A stretch of 64,000 nt of DNA from an uncultured Coriobacteriaceae bacterium (GTDB taxonomy: Bacteria > Actinomycetota > Coriobacteriia > Coriobacteriales > Coriobacteriaceae). How positions within the stretch are numbered: position 1 is the stretch's first letter; the number at the start of each line of letters is the position of its first letter. The translations under genes were made by a program, and so were the position numbers. Shown here in pieces: positions 38,385-46,996 of the stretch. The notes under the pieces are model-generated. The model had not been told where the DNA came from. It saw nothing but the letters and a program-made list of their open reading frames with translations, and ran no database searches. The stretch covers positions 94,385 through 158,384 of the forward strand of contig CALUIM010000008.1 in assembly GCA_944320725.1 (NCBI GenBank), read 5' to 3'.

Positions 38385-39163
38385 CGGGCATCATCTCCAA
38401 CAGCGGGCGAGGTGCATGATGGCGAGGCGACACCAGCCGCAGCCACACCATCCAGCACCTCGGTAGATTCAAGATCAAGACCAACCGCGGTATCCGCCGC
38501 GCATGCAAGCGCGGGCTCGCACGTTCCCACGATCACGGCGGTGTCGTCTTCATGCGCGAGCGCCGAGAGCAGGCGAACGATTGCTTCGCCCTCAGCCGCC
38601 GAAAGCCCGGCCGCAAACGAATCGGCAAGATCCACGACCGCGATGTCACTCGATCCTGCCAGCGCCAGCGCACAGGAAAGCCGTGCGCGCACAGCAGCGG
38701 GGATCTGCTCGATGCGCTGCGCGGCAAACGTCGCGATCTCGAAGCGCGCGAGATGCTCCAAAGGATCTATCTTCGCACGCGCCAGCCGCAGCGCATGCGC
38801 TACCGCCTCTTCGACCGTCTGTTGGCAATCTTGGTCGAGCACCCCGGACACCACACCGATGCCCACATACTGGCGCCCGCGACGCCCCATGCGCGACCTG
38901 GCGGCGCGCTCCTCCCCTGCCACCACAAGCGATCCCTCCGATGGCCGCACGGCACCGGCGATGGCAAGCAACACATCGCGCTCGCACGCATGATCGCGCG
39001 AAAGCAGCGCACAGCAGCAACCATATGCCGCCTCGAAGGTTGCGAATTCAAACGAGCGGTACCCGCGCTGCACATAGGACGCATCGTGCGCCACCACCGC
39101 GGGCGCATCCTTTCCCTCAGGTATATGCTGCGCACCCAGGCGAGCGCGATCACGTTGAGACAC
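38381..39163 (-). CDS. Degenerate ABC-ATPase-like protein (Walker A, signature, catalytic Glu and H-loop all lost)
   Basis: Collinear with the ABC NBD fold (VLLAIAGAVRPSEGSLVVAGE; IAVVDLADSFAAGLS) but lacks the catalytic motifs. GTG 39163 after GGAAGGA. Its stop overlaps the yhgE start (ATGA). Confidence 0.6.
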   Translation of the reverse strand: MSQRDRARLGAQHIPEGKDAPAVVAHDASYVQRGYRSFEFATFEAAYGCCCALLSRDHACERDVLLAIAGAVRPSEGSLVVAGEERAARSRMGRRGRQYVGIGVVSGVLDQDCQQTVEEAVAHALRLARAKIDPLEHLARFEIATFAAQRIEQIPAAVRARLSCALALAGSSDIAVVDLADSFAAGLSAAEGEAIVRLLSALAHEDDTAVIVGTCEPALACAADTAVGLDLESTEVLDGVAAAGVASPSCTSPAVGDDAR

Positions 39164-39342
39164 GGAAATCCTTCCACAGAGTTTGCAAGAGCGGCGAGGA
39201 CGCACGCACCATTCGTTACCTGATACCCATTTCGCGCAGATTTTGCACGGTCATGGGCCATGTGCAGCCGCCATGTCTGGCCGATGCCCTATAATGCTGG
39301 ACGCATATGAACACGCAACCCAAGGTACACCGAGGAGTTTCC

Positions 39343-40830
39343 ATGAGCCAGAACGTACGCGTTCGCTTCGCCCCGTCGCCCACCGGCAAGCTGCATATTG
39401 GCGGCGCCCGCACGGCCATCTACAACTGGGCGTTCGCCCGCGCCAACGGCGGCACCTTCATCTTGCGCATCGATGATACCGACCCCACCCGCTCCACCGA
39501 GGAGAACACCCAGATCATCCTGCGCGCTATGCGCTGGCTGGGCCTCGACTGGGACGAGGGTCCCGAGGTTGGTGGCGCGGCTGGCCCCTATGCTCAGACC
39601 GAACGCCTACCGCTTTACCGCGAGGCCGCCGAACGCCTGCTCGCCGAGGGCAAGGCCTATCCGTGCTTCTGCACGCCCGAAGAGCTCGAGGCCGATCGTC
39701 GCGCCGCCAAGGAGCGCAAGGATCCTTTCCAGGGCTACCAGCGCCGCTGCCGCAACATTCCCGCCGATGAGGCCCGAGCCCGCATGGAGGCCGGCGAGCC
39801 CTATACCATCCGCATCAAGGTGCCCGAGGACCGTGGCGACGTGGTCATTAACGACGCGGTGCATGGCACGGTCACCTTCGCCGCCAAGGAGCTTGATGAC
39901 TTCGTGATCTTCCGCTCCGACGGCACCCCCACCTATAACTTCGCCACCGTGGTCGACGACGCCGCGATGGGCATCACGCACGTCATCCGTGGCGACGACC
40001 ACCTCTCCAACACGCCGCGCCAGGTTATGGTCTACGAGGCGCTCGGCGCACCGGTGCCCGTCTTCGCCCACATCTCCATGATTCTGGGCACCGACGGCAA
40101 GAAGCTCTCCAAGCGCCACGGTGCCACGAGCGTCGAAGAGTACCGCGACGCCGGCTACCTCTCCGATGCCTTCGTGAACTACCTGTCGCTTCTGGGCTGG
40201 TCGCTCGACGGCGAGACCACCATCATCCCGCGTGACGTACTGGCGAGCCGTTTCTCGCTCGACCGCATCTCCAAGAACCCGGCGACCTTCGACCCCAAGA
40301 AGCTCGATTGGATGAATGCCGAGTACATCAACGCGATGACGAACGACGAGTTCATCGAGAAGCTGCTGCTGCCCGCCCTCGTGCAGCAGGGCCTCATGGA
40401 CGCCGACCCGGCCGTGGGCGTCGACGGCGCCTGGATGGACAAGCTCGCCGCCATCGTGAAGCCCCGCACCAAGCTCGCCGGCGACATCGCTGGTATCTGC
40501 GCGCCCATCTTCGCCACGGCCTCGAGCCTGGTCTACGATGAGAAATCGGTGGCCAAGGGTCTTGCCAAGGACGGCATGGGCACCATCCTCGATGCCGCGC
40601 GCGTGGCACTTGGCACGCTGCCGGCTGATGAATGGGAGGCGGCCAAGATCGATGCCGCCCTGGAACCCCTGCCCGATGCCCTCGAGCTCAAGAAGCGCGT
40701 GGTCTTCCAAGCGGTGCGTGTGGCGGTGTGCGGCAATCTCGTGAGCCCGCCGCTCGGCGAGACCATGGAGCTCATCGGTCGCGACGACTGCATGGCCCGC
40801 ATCGAGCGCGCCCGCACGATGGCGCTCTAG
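39343..40830 (+). CDS. gltX: Glutamate--tRNA ligase
   Basis: HIGH motif (PSPTGKLHIGG) and KMSKS motif (KLSKRHG). SD sequence GAGGAG. Confidence 0.95.
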   Translation: MSQNVRVRFAPSPTGKLHIGGARTAIYNWAFARANGGTFILRIDDTDPTRSTEENTQIILRAMRWLGLDWDEGPEVGGAAGPYAQTERLPLYREAAERLLAEGKAYPCFCTPEELEADRRAAKERKDPFQGYQRRCRNIPADEARARMEAGEPYTIRIKVPEDRGDVVINDAVHGTVTFAAKELDDFVIFRSDGTPTYNFATVVDDAAMGITHVIRGDDHLSNTPRQVMVYEALGAPVPVFAHISMILGTDGKKLSKRHGATSVEEYRDAGYLSDAFVNYLSLLGWSLDGETTIIPRDVLASRFSLDRISKNPATFDPKKLDWMNAEYINAMTNDEFIEKLLLPALVQQGLMDADPAVGVDGAWMDKLAAIVKPRTKLAGDIAGICAPIFATASSLVYDEKSVAKGLAKDGMGTILDAARVALGTLPADEWEAAKIDAALEPLPDALELKKRVVFQAVRVAVCGNLVSPPLGETMELIGRDDCMARIERARTMAL

Positions 40831-40833
40831 CCC

Positions 40834-42423
40834 ATGCCCGCGCTCTCCGTATTCGAGATATTGGGCCCCATCATGGTGGGGCCCTCCAGCTCGCACACCG
40901 CAGGTGCCCTGCGCTGCGCCCGCGTTGCCGCCTCGCTCATGGAGGGGCACATCGTACGCGTGCGCTTCACGCTGCACAACAGCTTCGCACATACCTACCG
41001 CGGCCACGGCACCGACCGTGCGCTCGTGGCGGGCATCCTCGGGCTCGACACCAACGACGAGCGCATTCGCGATGCCTTCGCACTCGCTCGCGAGCGCAAT
41101 CTCTCCTACACCTTCGAGATTGCCGGCGATAACGAGCACCTGCATCCCAACACCGTCGATATCGAGATGGAAGATGCCGGCGGCATGCACTGCTCGGTGC
41201 GCGGCGAGAGCCTAGGCGGAGGACGGGTGCGCGTAAGTCGCGTGGGCGGCGTTGCCGTCGACATCTCGGGCGACTACGACACGCTCTTCGTAGCGCATCG
41301 CGACGCTCCCGGCGTGCTCGCCAACCTCACGCTGCTGCTTGCGCAGCACGGCATCAACATCGCCTTCATGCGCACCTACCGCACCGAACGCGGCGGGAAC
41401 GCCTACACGGTCTTCGAGCTCGACGAGTTGCCGCCCGCCACACTCCTCGACGAGCTGCGCGATAACGCTGCCATCTTCACCGCAACCTACGTGCGCGTTC
41501 CCGGTTCCACCCCAGCCAACGTGGCCGATGAGGGCGATGAGTTTTTCGAGACTGCCGAGCAGCTCCTCGAGCGCTGTTGCCGCCTCAAGATGAACATCGG
41601 CGCCGTCATGGCCGTACGCGAGGCACAGCTCACCGGCGAGGCCGAGACGGTTGCCGCCATGGAGCGCGTCATCGCGGTCATGCAGGCCGAGACACGCGAT
41701 CCCATCGAGCACCCGCGGCGGTCGCTGGGCGGGCTCATCGGCGGCGAGGCGCAGCGCGTTGCGCAGGCTGCCGCGACGTACGGCCCGGCACTCACCGGGG
41801 CGGTACAGACCCAAGCGATGGCACGCGCCCTCGCCGTGCTCGAGCGCTCCGCCTCCATGGGCGTGATCGTGGCGGCCCCCACCGCGGGTTCTGCCGGCGT
41901 GGTGCCAGGATGCGTACTTGCCGCATCCGAACATCTCGGCCTCGACGATGCCCATATTGGCGATGCGCTCTTTTGCGCCGCCGCCATCGGCATGCTGCTT
42001 TCAAGCAACGCGTGCGTGGCAGGAGCTGAAGGCGGATGCCAGGCCGAGGTGGGAAGCGCTGCCGCGATGGCAGCAGCGGCGCTCGTTCAGATGCTTGGCG
42101 GTACGCCCGCGCAGGCACTCGATGCCGCATCGCTTGCCCTGGCAAACCTGCTCGGGCTGGTGTGCGACCCCGTGGGCGGCCTTGTGGAGGTACCCTGCCA
42201 GACGCGCAACGCCATCGGTGTGGCCAATGCCTTCTCGGCCGCGCAGCTTGCGCTCTCGGGCATCACGAGCCTCGTCCCCTTCGACGAGATGGCCCGCACC
42301 ATGCTCGAGGTGGGCCGCGCCCTGCCGCCTAGCCTGCGCGAGACGGCGCGCGGTGGCATCGCTCAAGCACCAAGTGCGCAAGCTGCATGTTCTTCCTGCA
42401 GCGCCTGCGCAAAGCATGTATAA
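40834..42423 (+). CDS. sdaA: Iron-sulfur-dependent L-serine ammonia-lyase, fused beta and alpha domains
   Basis: N-terminal GPIMVGPSSSHTAGA with an ACT-like region, and a C-terminal alpha domain (AAPTAGSAGVVPG; CDPVGGLVEVPC). Confidence 0.9.
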   Translation: MPALSVFEILGPIMVGPSSSHTAGALRCARVAASLMEGHIVRVRFTLHNSFAHTYRGHGTDRALVAGILGLDTNDERIRDAFALARERNLSYTFEIAGDNEHLHPNTVDIEMEDAGGMHCSVRGESLGGGRVRVSRVGGVAVDISGDYDTLFVAHRDAPGVLANLTLLLAQHGINIAFMRTYRTERGGNAYTVFELDELPPATLLDELRDNAAIFTATYVRVPGSTPANVADEGDEFFETAEQLLERCCRLKMNIGAVMAVREAQLTGEAETVAAMERVIAVMQAETRDPIEHPRRSLGGLIGGEAQRVAQAAATYGPALTGAVQTQAMARALAVLERSASMGVIVAAPTAGSAGVVPGCVLAASEHLGLDDAHIGDALFCAAAIGMLLSSNACVAGAEGGCQAEVGSAAAMAAAALVQMLGGTPAQALDAASLALANLLGLVCDPVGGLVEVPCQTRNAIGVANAFSAAQLALSGITSLVPFDEMARTMLEVGRALPPSLRETARGGIAQAPSAQAACSSCSACAKHV

Positions 42424-42474
42424 TCGCCCTGACTGTCTATCGTATTCGTACCAGAAACGCACAACAAAGGAATC

Positions 42475-44292
42475 GTGAGCACGATGCCAGACAACGATTT
42501 GCAGAACACCGGTCAGCGCAATCCGCTTGACGCCAACCGGATTCCCTCGCTCGATACCCAAACCACCCGCGTGCAGGCGCCTACAGGCGCCCCGGCCGGC
42601 TCCAGCTCGCCCCAGGCAACGGGAGCTCAGCCGCCGCTTCAGGCCACGCGGGTCCAGGCACGCCCCGTGGACACCGAGCAGACGTCCGGCGCCCCGGGCG
42701 CTACCGGTGTGACCGGCGCGCTTCCTGTCGACCGCAAGGCGCGTCGCTCGGCAGAAGAGCATGCCAACCTCGCTCAGGCGGCGAGCGGCAAGCAGCCCAG
42801 AAAATCGCATCGCGGCATCAAGATCGCCGCCGCCCTCATCGTGCTCGCCCTCATTGGTGCCTACGCCGGTGGCGTGGTGTACTTCACCAATTACTTTTAT
42901 CCCAAAACCGAAGTCGCTGGTATCGACGTCTCGCTTGTGAACGCAGAGACCGCAACCGAGCGCCTGCGCGGCAAGACCGATGCCTACACGCTCACCGTTT
43001 CTGGCGGTGACTTCACCTGGACGTTCACACCCGATCCCGCCACGCCGGTCTATGATGCCGAAGCCGCCGTCACCTCGGTGCTCCATCGCAACAACGCCAT
43101 GCTGTGGCCTGTGCACCTCTACGAGCGCATGACCGGCCAGACTGTCTTGCCCGAAACCCAAGAGCTTACGGTCGAGACACCCGAGGGCGATATCGACCGC
43201 TCGCTGCTCTCGAGCGACTTCAACCAGCAGGCGTTCTGTGACAACATCGGTGCCGCGCTCGATGCCTATAACGCCAACCGCTCGGGCGTCTTCGACAAAG
43301 CAACCGCCTGGGATGAGACCACGGCGAGTTTCTCGGCCGATAAGGTGCTTGCCAACCGCAAGCTCAACCGCGACTACATCGTCAATCTTGCGCTGCAGGC
43401 CCTCTCTAACCTCGAAAGCGAGGTCATGTTCGACCCCGCCAGCGACGAGGCACTCGAGCCCCTTGCCGGCGACATCACCGTCGAGCAGATCCAGACCGCC
43501 TGCACCACCGCCAACGAGATGCTCGCCACCAACGTGACGTTCAAGCTGGGTGACTCGGTTGCCGGCACGCTCGACGCCTCCACGCTCTCGCAGTGGCTCT
43601 CGTTCGACGAGACCCTCTCCCCTGTGCTTGACGACAACGCCGTCACCACCTGGGCACGCCAGCTTGCAAGCAATATGAACACCGTGGGCACCACGCGCAC
43701 CTACACCCGCCCCGACGGCAAGCAGATCACCGTGGGCGGCGGCACCTTTGGCTGGACGGTCGACGAGGACGCGCTGGTGAGCACGGTGCGCGATGCCGTG
43801 GCCAACAAGCAGACCGGCGACATCCAGGTCCCCACCTCCACCGAGGGCGATACCTATGCCGGCCCCGGACAGCGCGACTGGGGTGCGTGGCTTGAGGCCG
43901 ACCTCACCGAGCAGATGGCGCGCTACTACGACGCCAACGGCAATCTCCTGTGGGAGTCGCACATCATCACCGGCCTGCCCAACGGCGAGCGCGACACCCC
44001 CACGGGCGTCTTCAAGGTGAACGGCAAGGCGCGCAACATCACGCTCGTGAGCCGCAATATCGATCCCGAGACCGGCGAGCCCGAGTACGAGAGCCCCGTG
44101 GACTACTGGATCGCGTTCAAGGGCAGCTCGTATGGCTTCCACGACGCCTCATGGCAGTCGGCCGCAAGCTTCGCCAACCCCAACGCCTACAAGAGCGTGG
44201 GCAGCCACGGCTGCATCAACACCCCGCACGATAAGGTCGAACAGCTCTACAACATGATCAGCGTTGGCACCTGCGTCATCGTGCACAAGTAG
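42475..44292 (+). CDS. L,D-transpeptidase (YkuD) family protein with an N-terminal TM anchor
   Basis: C-terminal YkuD motif FHDASW...GSHGCIN. Single TM helix (IAAALIVLALIGAYAGGVVYF). GTG start; the ATG at 42484 is an alternative. Confidence 0.85.
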   Translation: MSTMPDNDLQNTGQRNPLDANRIPSLDTQTTRVQAPTGAPAGSSSPQATGAQPPLQATRVQARPVDTEQTSGAPGATGVTGALPVDRKARRSAEEHANLAQAASGKQPRKSHRGIKIAAALIVLALIGAYAGGVVYFTNYFYPKTEVAGIDVSLVNAETATERLRGKTDAYTLTVSGGDFTWTFTPDPATPVYDAEAAVTSVLHRNNAMLWPVHLYERMTGQTVLPETQELTVETPEGDIDRSLLSSDFNQQAFCDNIGAALDAYNANRSGVFDKATAWDETTASFSADKVLANRKLNRDYIVNLALQALSNLESEVMFDPASDEALEPLAGDITVEQIQTACTTANEMLATNVTFKLGDSVAGTLDASTLSQWLSFDETLSPVLDDNAVTTWARQLASNMNTVGTTRTYTRPDGKQITVGGGTFGWTVDEDALVSTVRDAVANKQTGDIQVPTSTEGDTYAGPGQRDWGAWLEADLTEQMARYYDANGNLLWESHIITGLPNGERDTPTGVFKVNGKARNITLVSRNIDPETGEPEYESPVDYWIAFKGSSYGFHDASWQSAASFANPNAYKSVGSHGCINTPHDKVEQLYNMISVGTCVIVHK

Positions 44293-44301
44293 GCACAGCA
44301 G

Positions 44302-44997
44302 ATGAGTAACCGGCCGCGCATCCTGCTTGTAGAAGACGATCCCGCCATCGTCGAGGCGTTGAGCGAGCTCCTCGCCAGCGAGGGCTATGCTGTCGAGACC
44401 GTCTCTACGCAGCGTGCGGCCATTGCCGCCGTGGGAGATGCCACGGCCCATGCGCCCTACTCGCTCGTGCTGCTCGACGTAACCCTTGCCGAGGGCAACG
44501 GGCTCGCCGTCTGCAGCGCCATCAAGCAAACCGCGCCCGCCTTGCCGGTGATCTTCCTCACCGCGTCCGACGACGAGTTCACCTGCGTAACCGGTTTCGA
44601 GCTAGGCGCCGACGACTACATCGCCAAGCCCTTCCGCCCACGCGAACTCATGGCCCGCATCGCCGCGGTCATCCGCCGTGTGCAGCCTGCAACGCGCACC
44701 ATCTCGTTCGGCCCGCTCACCATCGATCCCGATCGCGCCCATGTGGCACGCGACGGTCGCGAGATCGTTCTTTCGGCACTTGAATATCGCCTGCTCATGC
44801 TCTTTGCCACCAACCAGGGCAAGCTCGTCACGCGCGAGCAGATCCGCGACGCGCTTTGGGATGACGCCGGCACCTACATCGAGGAGAACACGCTCTCGGT
44901 TTACATCAAGCGCCTGCGAGACAAGATCGAAGACGATCCAGCCCGCCCCGCGCTCATCACCACCGTGCGCGGCCTGGGCTACAAGGCGCTTGGATAG
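44302..44997 (+). CDS. OmpR-family response regulator
   Basis: Receiver domain (LLVEDDP...LLDVTL) and winged helix (TVRGLGYK). Confidence 0.9.
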   Translation: MSNRPRILLVEDDPAIVEALSELLASEGYAVETVSTQRAAIAAVGDATAHAPYSLVLLDVTLAEGNGLAVCSAIKQTAPALPVIFLTASDDEFTCVTGFELGADDYIAKPFRPRELMARIAAVIRRVQPATRTISFGPLTIDPDRAHVARDGREIVLSALEYRLLMLFATNQGKLVTREQIRDALWDDAGTYIEENTLSVYIKRLRDKIEDDPARPALITTVRGLGYKALG

Positions 44998-45001
44998 CAC
45001 C

Positions 45002-46108
45002 ATGTTGCTGAGAAACCGTCCTCTCGCGCGCACCGTGTGCGCCTGGCTCATCATCGCCGCCGCGCTTGCGGCCCTCGCTGCCGCGCTGTTTTCGCCGCGC
45101 GTGGCGCTTATTGTTGGCGGCGCGGCGCTGCTTGGCGGCATCCCCTTCCTCGCCCATACCTATCGGCGCTACCACGACCTCGCCCGTCTGGCCGAACGCC
45201 TCGACGCCGTGCTCCACGGCGAGCGCGAGCTGGCGTTCGAGCGCATGAACGAAGGCGAACTCGCCATCCTTGCCAGCGAGCTCGACAAGATGGTGCTGCG
45301 CCTCACCCTCACGGCCGATGACCTCGCCCGCGAGCGCCAGCAGCTTGCCGACGCACTCGCCGACATCTCGCATCAGCTCAAGACGCCGCTCACCGCGCTG
45401 TCGCTCACTACCGAGCTCGTGCGCAAGGACCTCGTACGGCGGAGCGACTGCGCGCCCGAGGTGGACCGCCTGCGGCGCATCGAGCAGCTCGAGGTGCACG
45501 TGCAGGAGCTCGTGGCCCAGCTGCTGCGCCTTGCCCGTCTTGATGCCGGTGCCCTCGCCTTTGCCCATGCGCCGGTTGAGGTGAGCGAGCTCGTCGATCG
45601 TGCGGCGCGTCCGCTCGCCATCGCATACGACCTCGCCGATGTCACGCTGGTCACCCATATCGACAATGGCTGCAGCTTCACCGGCGATATCGCTTGGACG
45701 GCCGAGGCACTCGGCAACATCCTCAAGAACTGCCTCGAGGCAACGCCCGCGGGCGGCGCGGTCACCGTGAGCGCGCACCAGGATCTCGTCGCCTGCCGCA
45801 TCCACATCACCGACACCGGGCCCGGTATCGCCGAGGCCGATCTGCCCCATATCTTCGAGCGCTTCTACCGTGGCACGCGCACCGGCAACGGCGAGGGCGC
45901 CGATGCGTCGCAGGTCGCCGCCTGCGAACCTGCCGGCACAGCCTCCAGCCCAGTCAATCCCTCGGGCATCGGCATCGGCCTTTCGCTCGCCCGCGCCCTC
46001 ATCTCCGCGCAGGGCGGCACCCTCACCGCCGGCAACGCCCACGACGCGGCGGGCAACGTCACGGGCGCATGCTTCGACATCACCTTCTTCAAAGACGTTG
46101 CCGTCTAA
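45002..46108 (+). CDS. Intramembrane-sensing histidine kinase (BceS-like)
   Basis: Two N-terminal TM helices with a very short loop, H-box ISHQLKTPLTAL, N-box and G-box (GIGIGLSLAR). The ORF-track start at 44678 overlaps the response regulator and is rejected. Confidence 0.85.
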   Translation: MLLRNRPLARTVCAWLIIAAALAALAAALFSPRVALIVGGAALLGGIPFLAHTYRRYHDLARLAERLDAVLHGERELAFERMNEGELAILASELDKMVLRLTLTADDLARERQQLADALADISHQLKTPLTALSLTTELVRKDLVRRSDCAPEVDRLRRIEQLEVHVQELVAQLLRLARLDAGALAFAHAPVEVSELVDRAARPLAIAYDLADVTLVTHIDNGCSFTGDIAWTAEALGNILKNCLEATPAGGAVTVSAHQDLVACRIHITDTGPGIAEADLPHIFERFYRGTRTGNGEGADASQVAACEPAGTASSPVNPSGIGIGLSLARALISAQGGTLTAGNAHDAAGNVTGACFDITFFKDVAV

Positions 46109-46245
46109 TCGCCACCATCTCATCGCCGCCTCCCCCGTAACCGCGCATGCGCCGGTGACAGATGTGTCACACAGCGGTCATCTGGCTGCAAGGTGGCAGG
46201 TCCAGTATCGTAGATGACATATCCCTCGTGCGAGAAGGGCCATCC

Positions 46246-46995
46246 ATGAACATCCTCACGGTCGAGCATCTCACCAAAGTCTATGGGTCGGGCGACACCG
46301 CCGTCACCGCGCTCAACGACGTTTCATTCACCGTTGAAGTGGGTGAGTTCATCGCCATCATCGGCAGCTCGGGTTCGGGCAAGTCGACGCTGCTGCACCT
46401 CATCGGCGGCGTCGATCGCCCCACCTCGGGCACCGTGAAGCTCCAGGGGCAGAACATCTTCGACCGCTCCGACGAGCAGCTGGCGGTGTTTCGCCGGCGC
46501 GAGGTAGGCCTGGTCTACCAGTTCTACAACCTCATCCCCGTGCTCGACGTGGTGGAGAACATGACGTTGCCGGTGCGCATGGATGGCCGCGCCGTCAACG
46601 AGCGGCGCCTTGCCGCGCTTCTGCGCGCGCTCAAGCTCGAAGGGCGCGAGCACTACCTGCCCAACCAGCTCTCCGGCGGCCAGCAGCAGCGCGTCGCCAT
46701 CGGTCGCGCCCTCATGAACGCACCGGCCATCGTGCTCGCCGACGAACCCACCGGCAACCTCGACTCCAAGAACTCCACGGAGATCATGGGGCTTTTGCGC
46801 AGCTCTAACCGCGAGCTCAAGCAGACGCTCATCGTGATCACGCACGATGAGGACATCGCGCTCATGGCCGACCGCGTCATCGCGATCGAAGACGGCCGCT
46901 TGGTGCGCGACGAGCGCCGGCGCGACGCGGCCGTATACGGCATGGGCGGCGCCGCGCGCACCGCTGCTCACCTGCGCCGCACAGGAGGTGAATAG
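46246..46995 (+). CDS. ABC transporter ATP-binding protein (MacB/BceA-like)
   Basis: GSSGSGKSTLL, LSGGQQQRVAIGRAL, LADEPTGNLD. Confidence 0.9.
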   Translation: MNILTVEHLTKVYGSGDTAVTALNDVSFTVEVGEFIAIIGSSGSGKSTLLHLIGGVDRPTSGTVKLQGQNIFDRSDEQLAVFRRREVGLVYQFYNLIPVLDVVENMTLPVRMDGRAVNERRLAALLRALKLEGREHYLPNQLSGGQQQRVAIGRALMNAPAIVLADEPTGNLDSKNSTEIMGLLRSSNRELKQTLIVITHDEDIALMADRVIAIEDGRLVRDERRRDAAVYGMGGAARTAAHLRRTGGE

Positions 46996-46996
46996 C

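Noticed and set aside
42001-44142. 713-aa minus-strand ORF opposite the L,D-transpeptidase gene and the sdaA 3' end
   Set aside because: It is antisense to two well-supported genes and has no motifs.
44678-45001. N-terminal 108-codon extension of the histidine-kinase ORF
   Set aside because: It lies entirely within the response-regulator gene in another frame. The kinase starts naturally at ATG 45002, 4 nt after the response-regulator stop, with its first TM helix.
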